From Saprospiraceae bacterium (lineage in GTDB: Bacteria; Bacteroidota; Bacteroidia; Chitinophagales; Saprospiraceae), in the NCBI GenBank assembly GCA_020848695.1, contig JADLHT010000061.1, positions 35,788-99,787 of the forward strand: 64,000 nt of DNA, read 5' to 3'. How positions within the stretch are numbered: the stretch's first letter is position 1; every line of letters begins with the position of its first letter. Below are positions 27,021 to 36,860 of the stretch, piece after piece. The position numbers were made by a program, and so were the translations under genes. Below the pieces are notes generated by a model. That model was not told the DNA's origin and did not search any database. It saw only the letters and a list, made by a program, of their open reading frames with translations.

Positions 27021-29864
27021 ATGTTAAAGAATATTTTAGTTGTTATCTTCTCTTTTTCTTTAATTGATGCTATCGGTCAATCCGAGAAAGGCACAATAAA
27101 AGGAATGGTTAAAGATACTTCGAATGAAGTTTTGTCATTGGCTTCGGTAATGTTGCTGGATCCGGTCGATAGTACATTATTAGAATATACACAAGCTGAT
27201 GTTAGTGGATTTTTTGAAATCAATTCAGTACCTTACAGAAGTTACTTGTTAAAAATTAATTACGTCTCCTATATTCCCTTTCAGAAACTTATTGAACTGA
27301 ACAAAAAAGAACTTAATCTGGGAGAACTTATTATGCAACCGATTGCCAAACAACTTTTTGAAGTTGTAATTAAAGCGGCGAAAGCTCCTATGAGTATTAA
27401 GGGTGATACGATCGAATATGACGCATCCACTTTTAAAGTTCCTCAGGGATCTACCGTTGAAGATCTGTTAAGAAAGCTTCCCGGAATGGAAGTAGATATA
27501 CAAGGTAATATAACTTCTGAAGGAAAAAATGTAAACAAGGTTACCGTTGATGGAAAAACTTTTTTTGGTGGCGATCCTAAAGCAGCAACTAAAAACTTGC
27601 CTGCAGAGGGAATTAAAAAAGTTCAGGTTTTTAGTGATCAATCGGAAGAAGAAAAAATCACAGGTCATCGAAGATTGAATGCAGATAAAGCAATGAATCT
27701 GGAACTTAAGGACGAATTTAAAAATGGAGGCTTCGGTAAAGTCATTGTTGGTGCTGGTACAGAGTTTACTAAAGAACTTAAAATGTCCTACAATAAGTTT
27801 AGCAATAAACATCAGTTTGCTTTCCTTGGTTCAGGCACCAATACAGGTCGAAATGGATTGTCCTGGAACGATTATCAGGATTTTAAAGGAAGCAACTCAT
27901 TTAATTGGGGAGATGATGGTGAGTTTGGATTCGGCTCAGGATCTAATTTTAGAATGACAACATTTGATGATGGCGGTGATGATGATGACAATTCAGGAAT
28001 CGGCGGTTTCTTTGGTGGAGATAATTTCGGTTTTCCTGAAAAAGTATCAACAGGAATCAATTACAATTATGACTACAAAAAGACCAAATTAAGCTCGATG
28101 TATTTTTATGATCTCAATAATCTGTATTCAGACGCTTATCGTACTCAAAACTTTTTATATTATGAGAATCCGTACGACACACAAGATACTTCTTCCCGAT
28201 CAAATAGAAGACAAAGTCATAGACTTGAATTGCGATATGAACAGGATATTGATTCGCTTTCAGGATTTATTGTAAAGAGCAATCATTCTATAGGAATCCG
28301 CAATACCTTAACCAATACTAATACACATAGTTTTACAACATCTGCCTTAGCCATCAATGATCAATTGGCCAATATTGATGTAAATGGTTTAAATGTCAAT
28401 TCTCAAAATTCAATCATTTTTAAACGTAAATTTAAAAAACAAGGTAGAAATTTAGGGGTAAGCGGAGCATATAATTATAATAATTCTGATCGCGATTCAG
28501 ATCAAGATGCTACAAGTAATTTTTATTCAACAACAGGCGCCATTGATTCAACAATAATATTAAATCAGATATTTAGTACAAATCAACCGGTTAATACATT
28601 TAAAGCAAATGCTTTCTGGATGGAGCCTCTTGGAAAAAGACTATATTACAAAACCTTTTATAATTTTGCAAGAGCATTAACAAATTATGAAAGAAATGTT
28701 AGTGATTCAACGGATCAAAATCAATTAGTTGCCAATGATTTTCTTAGCCGAAAATTTAGCAATGTCAACGGTTATAATCGACTTGGACAAAGTTTAAATT
28801 ATATTCATAGCGGTTTTAATATTAATATTGGACTTGCGTATCAGGAAATATTTTTAACCAGTGAATTTAAAACTGGTATTGACAGTGCATTCACAGTTTC
28901 AAAAAATGTTTATCAAGATTGGATTCCGAATGCAGAAGTTGAATACGAAATGTCTAATGGATCAGAATTTTCAATATCCTATTCGAAATTTGTAACCGCA
29001 CCTCCATCAAGAGATTTGTTGCCAATACTGGATAATTCAAATCCACTTTTTATTCGTATAGGGAATCCAGATCTTAGGCCTGAAGTTGGACACGATGTTG
29101 GATTTTCATTTAGAAAATTTAATCGGTTGAATTTTACAAGCCTTTTCTCAAGATTTGGAGTTACTTATAATAAAAGTGATATTATCAATTTGATTGATAT
29201 CAACCAAAGTAGAGTAAGTATATCTACTCCTATAAATGTTGAAGGAACAAAAAGTATTTATGCTAATATTAATTTCGGATTCCCAATTGTCAAAAATAGA
29301 TATACTTTAAATCTAGGGTATAATTATAATTATAGCTATTTTACAACTCTTGTGAATTCAATTAGCAATAATCCTGTAACACAGACTCATGGATTTTCGC
29401 TTAGATCCAACATAACTCCTTCTGAGATATTCACTTTATTTATTAGCGGAAATTACCGGATTCAGTATCAACAAACAGATCCCGATAGTCTAATTTCTAC
29501 AAAAGTCTATAATTATGGAGTAAATTCTGAAATGAATATTAAATTTCCAAAACTTTTCTTTTTCAACTCCAGTGTAAATGTAAATACAACAAGGAATCCA
29601 ATTAATGATTTTAATATTACCATTCCAATTATTAATATATCTGTTTCAAAATTGTTTTTAAAGGATAATAAGGGTGAAATAAGATTAAGTGGATATGATA
29701 TCCTGAATAAAACTCAAGGAATTCAGAACAGTATCAGCTCCAACAGAATTAATCAAACACAGACCTTATCACTTGCTCGATATCTTATGTTAAGCTTTAC
29801 TTATAATATGCGAGGAATTAAATCATCGCTAGACAGAGGCGGAAGAAGAGGTATGTTTTTCTAA
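27021..29864 (+). CDS. Outer-membrane beta-barrel family protein (TonB-dependent-receptor-like, CarboxypepD_reg N-terminal domain)
   Basis: It has a signal peptide, a 'GTIKGMVKDTSNEVLSLASVMLL' beta-sandwich and a plug-like 'STVEDLLRKLPGMEVD...VTVDGKTFFGGD'. The rest is long alternating beta sequence ending in F. Confidence 0.75.
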   Translation: MLKNILVVIFSFSLIDAIGQSEKGTIKGMVKDTSNEVLSLASVMLLDPVDSTLLEYTQADVSGFFEINSVPYRSYLLKINYVSYIPFQKLIELNKKELNLGELIMQPIAKQLFEVVIKAAKAPMSIKGDTIEYDASTFKVPQGSTVEDLLRKLPGMEVDIQGNITSEGKNVNKVTVDGKTFFGGDPKAATKNLPAEGIKKVQVFSDQSEEEKITGHRRLNADKAMNLELKDEFKNGGFGKVIVGAGTEFTKELKMSYNKFSNKHQFAFLGSGTNTGRNGLSWNDYQDFKGSNSFNWGDDGEFGFGSGSNFRMTTFDDGGDDDDNSGIGGFFGGDNFGFPEKVSTGINYNYDYKKTKLSSMYFYDLNNLYSDAYRTQNFLYYENPYDTQDTSSRSNRRQSHRLELRYEQDIDSLSGFIVKSNHSIGIRNTLTNTNTHSFTTSALAINDQLANIDVNGLNVNSQNSIIFKRKFKKQGRNLGVSGAYNYNNSDRDSDQDATSNFYSTTGAIDSTIILNQIFSTNQPVNTFKANAFWMEPLGKRLYYKTFYNFARALTNYERNVSDSTDQNQLVANDFLSRKFSNVNGYNRLGQSLNYIHSGFNINIGLAYQEIFLTSEFKTGIDSAFTVSKNVYQDWIPNAEVEYEMSNGSEFSISYSKFVTAPPSRDLLPILDNSNPLFIRIGNPDLRPEVGHDVGFSFRKFNRLNFTSLFSRFGVTYNKSDIINLIDINQSRVSISTPINVEGTKSIYANINFGFPIVKNRYTLNLGYNYNYSYFTTLVNSISNNPVTQTHGFSLRSNITPSEIFTLFISGNYRIQYQQTDPDSLISTKVYNYGVNSEMNIKFPKLFFFNSSVNVNTTRNPINDFNITIPIINISVSKLFLKDNKGEIRLSGYDILNKTQGIQNSISSNRINQTQTLSLARYLMLSFTYNMRGIKSSLDRGGRRGMFF

Positions 29865-29882
29865 TTTGAATATATAAACAGC

Positions 29883-30614
29883 ATGAAATATTTTATATTA
29901 TCGATAATTATTATTTTCAACAATTCACTACATTCTCAAACTTCAAGGATTGACTATTCAAGAGTTCTGAAATGGAGTGAAATTGCAAGATCACTACCCT
30001 ATCTTTCCAAGGAAGAAAAAGATAGAATTAGTATGACTTGGGCAAAAGATAGAAACAATCCTGAACCTTATATTTTATTATTTGATCAAAATCAGGCAAT
30101 CTATTACCTTGACGAAGACAATCTTCCTCCTCAACAATGGAATTGGAGAAGAGAAAAAAGAATAATACATACATTATACAGCGAAAAGAAAAGATCAGAT
30201 AATATTGAAGTCCTTGGAAAAACTTTCATAATTGATGATCAGATGATAAAGTATAAATGGAAAATTCTCAACGAAATTAAAGAAGTTGCAGGATATGTGT
30301 GTATGAAAGCAGAAACTACTGATACCATAAAGAATCAAAAAATTGTTGCTTGGTTTAGTTCTGAAATTCCGATTTCGCTAGGACCAGAAGGATTTAACGG
30401 GCTTCCGGGTATGATTCTGGAAATCGATAAGAATGATGGACAAGCAGTCATCTCAGCAACTAAGATTCAACTGGACTCAATCTTAGTACCCATCAAAATT
30501 CCCAAGAAAAAAGGAAAAAAGGTTCAAAGTGAAAAGCTAGACTTATTAATTTCAAAGCATATAAGAGAAAGTATTGTGGCTCATAGAAATCCTTACTGGA
30601 GTATTTATTTTTAG
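29883..30614 (+). CDS. GLPGLI family protein
   Basis: It has the family signature 'FNGLPGMILEI' and a signal peptide, and it sits immediately downstream of the OM barrel. Confidence 0.8.
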   Translation: MKYFILSIIIIFNNSLHSQTSRIDYSRVLKWSEIARSLPYLSKEEKDRISMTWAKDRNNPEPYILLFDQNQAIYYLDEDNLPPQQWNWRREKRIIHTLYSEKKRSDNIEVLGKTFIIDDQMIKYKWKILNEIKEVAGYVCMKAETTDTIKNQKIVAWFSSEIPISLGPEGFNGLPGMILEIDKNDGQAVISATKIQLDSILVPIKIPKKKGKKVQSEKLDLLISKHIRESIVAHRNPYWSIYF

Positions 30615-30668
30615 TTAATTTGTTAATTAATCGATCTTATTTCAAAAATCGATTTGAGATATTTTTTA

Positions 30669-31625
30669 ATGAGATATTATTTTATCTACATATTTTTTTT
30701 AATCAATATCAAAAGTAATGCACAATGCTTTAGTAAAGAATTTTTTATTCCTGCTGATTCCTTAAGCATTCATAGAGTTTATCTGAGTGCAGGTTTCAGT
30801 GCTGCTGCATATTCAAGTTTCTCTACGGGATTATACTATGCCTGGTATAGAAAAAATGAGTTGTCATCCTTTCATACTTTTAATGACTGGAATCAATGGA
30901 AATTTATGGATAAAGCCGGGCATATGTTCACCACTTATATTCAATCGGAATTAATATTTAAAGGATCAAAATGGGCAGGATTAAGCAATCAGAATTCAAT
31001 GATCATGGCACTCTCCATCAGTAACTTGTTTCAATCTACAATAGAAATCATGGATGGATTTAGCCATCAATGGGGATTTTCCTGGTCAGATTTCGGAGCA
31101 AACTTAATGGGTTCGGCTTTTTATGCAACTCAACAAATTATTTGGAATGAACAAAAATTTAAACTTAAATTCAGTTCGCAAAAGGTAAAATACAGTATTG
31201 ATTCTGACGAATTAAACAATCGTATAAACAGTCTCTATTCTGAACGATTATTTGAAAGACTGTTAAAAGATTATAACGGACAGACTTATTGGATTTCTTT
31301 TCATCCTATCTCACTCTGGACCAATAAAAAAAGTTTCTGGCCTGATTATTTAAATTTGTCAATAGGATATGGAGTTTCCGGTTTGTATGGAGGGCACAGT
31401 AATTCATGGTTCAATGAAGGCGGAAAGAAAATACAACTGGATCCTGAACAATTTCCAAGAATTAATCAATATTACCTTTCATTCGATTTAAATTTGTCAA
31501 AACTGAAAGTGCAAAGTCCAGTCTTGAAAACCATATTTTCAATGATCAATATTATAAAATTTCCGGCTCCCACAATCGAATTTAATTCTAAAGGGAAATT
31601 TAAATTTCATCCCTTATATTTTTAA
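30669..31625 (+). CDS. DUF2279 (YfiM-like) domain protein
   Basis: 'FMDKAGHMFTTY' is the DUF2279 core. The signal peptide is 'MRYYFIYIFFLINIKSNAQ'. The track ORF starts at a TTG at 30654; the first ATG is at 30669. Confidence 0.65.
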   Translation: MRYYFIYIFFLINIKSNAQCFSKEFFIPADSLSIHRVYLSAGFSAAAYSSFSTGLYYAWYRKNELSSFHTFNDWNQWKFMDKAGHMFTTYIQSELIFKGSKWAGLSNQNSMIMALSISNLFQSTIEIMDGFSHQWGFSWSDFGANLMGSAFYATQQIIWNEQKFKLKFSSQKVKYSIDSDELNNRINSLYSERLFERLLKDYNGQTYWISFHPISLWTNKKSFWPDYLNLSIGYGVSGLYGGHSNSWFNEGGKKIQLDPEQFPRINQYYLSFDLNLSKLKVQSPVLKTIFSMINIIKFPAPTIEFNSKGKFKFHPLYF

Positions 31626-31666
31626 TACATAGATTAATTTTGTTTCTTTATCCAGATGTACGATCT

Positions 31667-33196
31667 ATGAAAAAATTATATATCTTATTAATCTTAATTC
31701 TAATTTCTTGCTCTGCAAGCAGAAAGTTAGCAGACAATTCAATTGTAGAATTCACAATACTTCAGTTCAACGATTTCTATGAAATTGCTGGAATAGAAAA
31801 TGGAACGCGTGGTGGTTGCTCCAGAATAACAACACTCCGAAACAAATTGCTAAAGGAGAATAAAAACCTACTTACCGTTCTTGCGGGTGATTTTATTAGT
31901 CCATCATTGACCGGAACCTTGGTGTTTGAAGGTGAAAAAATCAAAGGAAAACAAATAATTGAATGTTTGAATGCTACAGGAATTGATTTAGTATGTTTTG
32001 GAAATCATGAATTTGATCATGATCAGAAGACTTTGCAGAAGAGAATTAATGAATCACAATTTGATTGGATTAGCAGCAATGTTTATGAAGTTCACAATGG
32101 AAGTAATTCAAGATTTTTAAAATATCAAAATGGAATTTCTGAAGAAATTCCAACCAATAGGATTTATACTTTTTCAAATCAATCCGGAAAAATAATAAAG
32201 GTTGGAATTATTTCACCTTGTGTTGATGCCAATAAGGCTCAATATGTACTTTATGAAAATATTTATGAGAGCACAGAAAGAGAATTGAATATATTAAAGG
32301 ATAAGGTAGATTATATAATATGCTTAAGTCATTTAGATAAGGAACAAGATATGGAAATTGCTAGACGCTTTCCCAAGATCAATTTAATTCTAGGAGGTCA
32401 TGAACATTACAATATGTTTTATCAGATTGGAAATACCCGATTAACCAAAGCGGATGCCAATGCAAGAACCGCTTATATTCATCGGGTTAAAATTAACACA
32501 AACAAATCAACTAAGGATATAGAATCTGAACTGGTAGAATTAAACTCTTCAATTCCAAAAGATGAAAAGACTGAATTGGTAGTTCGAAAATGGGTTAATA
32601 TTGAATCAAAAATTATTCGTGAAATGGGATTTAGTAAGGAAGAAGTTATTCCGGGAGAACCCGTTCACTATATTACATCAGAAAGTACATTTAGAAGTAA
32701 GCAAACTAATTTTGGAAAATTGGTCTGTAAATCTATGCTTGCTACCTGTGATTCCTGTCTAATGGCTTTCTTTAACTCGGGAAGCTCAAGACAGGAAGAT
32801 GATATTATTGGAACTATATCACAATATGATATACTCAAGACTTTCCCATATGCCGGCAGTATTATCGAATTGGAAATACTAGGTGATGTTCTGATTAAAA
32901 CTTTAAATGCCGGAATAAATAATAAAGGTAAGGGTGGCTATCTCCAATATTACAATGTTAATCAAGACTCAAACGGTAAATGGCTAATCAAGGATAAATT
33001 GATTGATGAAAAAAAATATTATAAAGTGATGTCAACCGAATTCCTAATGAGTGGCAAGGAAAGAGGTATGGATTTCTTAAATAAAAATAACCCGGGAATA
33101 AAAAATATTATAATTCCTGAGCCAACAGACCTTACAAATATCAAACGCGATATTCGAATGGTTATAATAGATTACCTCAAGAAAGGCGGAAGATAA
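31667..33196 (+). CDS. Bifunctional metallophosphatase / 5'-nucleotidase, lipoprotein
   Basis: It has the lipobox 'LISCSA' and the metallophosphatase motifs 'GDFISPS', 'FGNHEFD' and 'GGHEH'. The track ORF starts at a TTG at 31640; the ATG at 31667 was verified. Confidence 0.85.
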   Translation: MKKLYILLILILISCSASRKLADNSIVEFTILQFNDFYEIAGIENGTRGGCSRITTLRNKLLKENKNLLTVLAGDFISPSLTGTLVFEGEKIKGKQIIECLNATGIDLVCFGNHEFDHDQKTLQKRINESQFDWISSNVYEVHNGSNSRFLKYQNGISEEIPTNRIYTFSNQSGKIIKVGIISPCVDANKAQYVLYENIYESTERELNILKDKVDYIICLSHLDKEQDMEIARRFPKINLILGGHEHYNMFYQIGNTRLTKADANARTAYIHRVKINTNKSTKDIESELVELNSSIPKDEKTELVVRKWVNIESKIIREMGFSKEEVIPGEPVHYITSESTFRSKQTNFGKLVCKSMLATCDSCLMAFFNSGSSRQEDDIIGTISQYDILKTFPYAGSIIELEILGDVLIKTLNAGINNKGKGGYLQYYNVNQDSNGKWLIKDKLIDEKKYYKVMSTEFLMSGKERGMDFLNKNNPGIKNIIIPEPTDLTNIKRDIRMVIIDYLKKGGR

Positions 33197-33211
33197 TAGA
33201 GCAATAAATTA

Positions 33212-35833
33212 TTATTGCTTAATGAAACTGACTCCAGTTTCATTACCGTTAATCTTGATTAAATAGTAAGCGGAAGGAAGAAGATGAATATCAACTTTGT
33301 ATTGTCGATTACCTAAAGGTTGAAACTGTTGGTTTAATATACTTTTTCCCTCTGAATGAATAAACTCCAATTTTGAAATTTCAATTTCCGAATTCAAATA
33401 TAGTTCTTGATTGGCTGGGTTTGGATAAACTTTAAAAACAGTTTCGTTCAAATTTTTTGTGGATACATTCATTTTTATTTCAAACGATTTTGTTGTCTTA
33501 CATCCGTTTGCATCGGTAACTTCCAAGGTGTAAATACCTACAGGCAAACTGTCTAATCTATCTAAATTCAATACTTTGAATGAATATGGAGGAACTCCAC
33601 CTGATGTATTTACAGTGGTAACACTTCCTAGATTAAATCCGGGATTAACATTTTTTACATCTATTTTGTCAATGTTCAATTTGGGAAAATTGGGTAAAGT
33701 AATTTCAAATATATTCTTCGTTCCCAATCTACTGGTAACTTCTACGGACACTTTCCCTGAAACATTTTTAACCGGATTAATGCTTGTACCATTATTCCAT
33801 AAAAAGGTAAATGGATCCGCACCGGTAAGACTGTCTAATTTTATGTCTGTTACATCTCCAAAGCATTTTATTTCAGGATTAATACTATATTGTATTAATT
33901 GAGGAACACTGCATAAATAATCAAAAATTACCGCATCACTTTGGTCGGTATTACATTGTCCTTTGGCAGTTAAAGTAATAGTATAACCCTGAGGTTGACA
34001 AGGAAACTGAATAGTAATTGAATCCCCTGCATAATCTTTTCCCAAAACTTTCCATTCATGACTGGTAGCGTTCGAGCTTCGAGCTTTGAAAGTTATAAAT
34101 TCATAATCGGCCGTATAAGTGAAGTTAGCCCGTGTTGCTTGTGAATTTTTTAATATAATTGAAACTCGAATTCCCGCAGACCGATTGTAGAATGTTCCTG
34201 AAGCATTTTTATCTAATTTGATTGCATAGACTAAATACTCAATAGGAATATTTTTATTCTGACACTGATCAATATATGAGGTTGATTTAATATTATAAGC
34301 AACAGGCTCCCATTTTCCATTTGGATTAATTCTTCTTAATATACCATAACCTTCAGTAGCTTCCGTTGAGGGGCTCCAGTTTAGATTAACCGCTCCTTTA
34401 TCTTCTGTAGCCATAAGTCCAGTAGGAGGAATAACCGGTATTAGGGTAAGACTTGGATCACCCAGCAATGAGACATGAGCAGGTCTGTAAGCTGAGAAGA
34501 AAGGATTACCTGAGTAAATTGTTTGACTATTATTTGTAACTAATGTGCTGTATCCAATAGTTTCTCCCATCGACATATGCTGGATATACCAGGAAGGACG
34601 TCCTGCCCATGCACAAGTTAAAATCGATCCGCTTCCTAAAGAAGAACGCAAGAAATTATTCTGAACATCCCAATCTCCAAAATAAGAACCAAATAGAAAT
34701 GTAAATACGGCCCGAAGGGAGTCTGATGCCATATTGCTTGTGGTTGAAATACCACCGGCACTTTGATAGGATCCTGCACCAGCGCCATAAGCAAGCAAAT
34801 AAGACTTTTGCAACAGTTGATCTCTGAACACATCAGTCTTTACACTATCTGGACCAACAAGGACTGTATAATTTTTATAGCCGGATGATCCAAAAAATTC
34901 ATTCGGAAAATCGAAATTATCTTGCACCAAAGCTCTTCTGACTGCACGCGTTTTAGCAATCCTGTGTAGATGATCTTTAGTCAAATAATTTTTAAGTAAT
35001 TGAATCTCAGTCTTACTAAAGGCAGGCATATTGTAAAAATCAACTCTTCCTACTTCAAATTCTAAGTCTGAAGGAATAACATCATCATCAAATTTGCCGT
35101 CATTAGGAATATTTTTATTTTCATTTCTTGAAGGGGAAGTATTATTTACAAATTCATCCGTCCAATTTCCATTGATATCTGCATAATAATTGTCACATAC
35201 CCAAGCGCCTTCATGATCCGCATGACCATCCCATCGCGTATTTCCACTATAAGGAACTGCAACATGACCAATTATAAATAAGGTTGTTAATTCCGGATTT
35301 TTATCATAAAATTCAAAAATCATTTCCCGGACTTCAACAGCTGTTTTATCTGTTGGAATGACCAGTTCCTGAACGTTCCAGGTCTCGTTGAGTAAATCTT
35401 CTTTAAGGGTGCTCAATTCTGCCAAAATGCCACTGCGAATTCTTTCATCTACCAACAATAAAATTGTCTTGCGATACTCAACTTCTTTCACTTTTACTCC
35501 TCCAAATAAATACGATTCTGAAAAAATATTTCCTGCTTTTCTTCTTATTCGGTATTCGTAAGCAGAACCTATCACTATCGTTGAGTCTAAGTACTGAGAT
35601 GCAGTTGATGGCAATGAAGCCATTGGTAAAAAGGGCCAGGTTCTATCTGATTTTAGCTTTCTAAAAATTGTAAAACTACTATCATTAGTTGATTTCTTCC
35701 ATTTTAATGTTAACTGAGCTTTGGAAGTATCTGCTTCTGCCCAAGCCATTACAGAATTTAGTAATGAATTATTCTGTGCAAATGAATAATTTACAATTCC
35801 CAAGATAAAAGTAATAAAAGATAAATATCGCAT
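33212..35833 (-). CDS. T9SS cargo: C25-like (apparently non-catalytic) domain + FN3 + SprB-type repeats + type A C-terminal sorting domain
   Basis: The C25-like scaffold is 'TLFIIGHVAVPYSG', 'EFEVGRVDFYNM' and 'HVSLLGDPSLTL'. The SprB-like repeats are 'CFGDVTDIKLDSLTGADPFTFLWNNG' and 'GGVPPYSFKV...LEVTDANGC'. The CTD is 'VYPNPANQELYL...YYLIKINGNE'. Confidence 0.6.
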   Translation of the reverse strand: MRYLSFITFILGIVNYSFAQNNSLLNSVMAWAEADTSKAQLTLKWKKSTNDSSFTIFRKLKSDRTWPFLPMASLPSTASQYLDSTIVIGSAYEYRIRRKAGNIFSESYLFGGVKVKEVEYRKTILLLVDERIRSGILAELSTLKEDLLNETWNVQELVIPTDKTAVEVREMIFEFYDKNPELTTLFIIGHVAVPYSGNTRWDGHADHEGAWVCDNYYADINGNWTDEFVNNTSPSRNENKNIPNDGKFDDDVIPSDLEFEVGRVDFYNMPAFSKTEIQLLKNYLTKDHLHRIAKTRAVRRALVQDNFDFPNEFFGSSGYKNYTVLVGPDSVKTDVFRDQLLQKSYLLAYGAGAGSYQSAGGISTTSNMASDSLRAVFTFLFGSYFGDWDVQNNFLRSSLGSGSILTCAWAGRPSWYIQHMSMGETIGYSTLVTNNSQTIYSGNPFFSAYRPAHVSLLGDPSLTLIPVIPPTGLMATEDKGAVNLNWSPSTEATEGYGILRRINPNGKWEPVAYNIKSTSYIDQCQNKNIPIEYLVYAIKLDKNASGTFYNRSAGIRVSIILKNSQATRANFTYTADYEFITFKARSSNATSHEWKVLGKDYAGDSITIQFPCQPQGYTITLTAKGQCNTDQSDAVIFDYLCSVPQLIQYSINPEIKCFGDVTDIKLDSLTGADPFTFLWNNGTSINPVKNVSGKVSVEVTSRLGTKNIFEITLPNFPKLNIDKIDVKNVNPGFNLGSVTTVNTSGGVPPYSFKVLNLDRLDSLPVGIYTLEVTDANGCKTTKSFEIKMNVSTKNLNETVFKVYPNPANQELYLNSEIEISKLEFIHSEGKSILNQQFQPLGNRQYKVDIHLLPSAYYLIKINGNETGVSFIKQ

Positions 35834-35928
35834 TATAAAATAAACTTTAAGTGATCAAAAGTACAGAAATCCAGACATTTGAAGTTTATTAATTTATTCA
35901 AATTATAAGCTCAACTTATCTTCGCCTT

Positions 35929-36774
35929 ATGATCACCTTCTCTACCGTAGATTCACTTTCCAAAAGATTAAATAAAATAAAAGGAAGCCAACAATCAATT
36001 GCACTAGTTCCAACAATGGGCGCACTACATGAAGGTCACATTAGTCTAATTCTTACCGCACTGGAAGTAGCCAATAAAGTCTGTGCAAGTATTTTTGTTA
36101 ATCCTACTCAATTTAACAATCCAGATGACTTGGCAAAGTACCCCAGAACTTTTCAAAAGGATAAAGAGATGCTTGATCAGGCTGGTTGTAACTATTTATT
36201 TGCACCTACTGTAGAAGAAGTTTACCCAAACGGAACTCAGTCAGTAGTCAATCTAAAGTTAAAGGGTATGGATAAGATAATGGAAGGTCATTTTCGTCCA
36301 GGTCATTTTAAAGGTATGTTGCAGGTCGTAAAAAGATTGCTGGATATTGTTCAACCTGATTTTCTAATTATGGGTCAAAAAGATTATCAACAGTTCACTT
36401 TGGTTAATCAAATGATTCTGCAATTAAATATTCCTACAAAATTAATTGTAGTTCAAACGATGAGAGAACCGGATGGTCTTGCTATGAGTTCTAGAAACAG
36501 AAGATTATCGACACCAATGAGAAGAAAATCAGCCATTCTTTTTAAAGCATTAAATTATGCACGATTAAATCTGGCTTTAATGAGTATTACTTCATTGGAG
36601 AAGGAATGCAGCAAGCTCATTGATTCAGTTGGATTGAAAACAGAATACTTTAGTATAGTTGATGCACTCAATCTAACGAGTATCAGCAAGTATAGATCTG
36701 ATCAAAAGCTGGTTGCATGTGTTGCTGCCTGGGCCGATGATGTTCGATTAATTGATAATCTTATTCTTAATTAA
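35929..36774 (+). CDS. panC: Pantoate--beta-alanine ligase
   Basis: 'PTMGALHEGHISLI', 'SIFVNPTQF' and 'GQKDYQQ' are present. Confidence 0.95.
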   Translation: MITFSTVDSLSKRLNKIKGSQQSIALVPTMGALHEGHISLILTALEVANKVCASIFVNPTQFNNPDDLAKYPRTFQKDKEMLDQAGCNYLFAPTVEEVYPNGTQSVVNLKLKGMDKIMEGHFRPGHFKGMLQVVKRLLDIVQPDFLIMGQKDYQQFTLVNQMILQLNIPTKLIVVQTMREPDGLAMSSRNRRLSTPMRRKSAILFKALNYARLNLALMSITSLEKECSKLIDSVGLKTEYFSIVDALNLTSISKYRSDQKLVACVAAWADDVRLIDNLILN

Positions 36775-36860
36775 GTTTTGGAAAGCTTGGTCATAACATT
36801 TAATTAAAGTAAAAAGAATTATTTCTACTACTATTAGTGTTTAATAAGGCTAAATGTACT

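Noticed and set aside
27940-28030. An Asp/Gly-rich tract in the OM barrel gene, considered as a DNA-level repeat.
   Set aside because: It is compositional at the protein level. The nucleotide sequence is not a clean tandem repeat.
33200-33219. An AGCAATAA-ATTA-TTATTGCT hairpin between convergent genes, considered as a bidirectional terminator.
   Set aside because: The stem is only 8 bp and almost all A/T, with no U-tract on either strand, and it overlaps the stop codon of the minus-strand gene.
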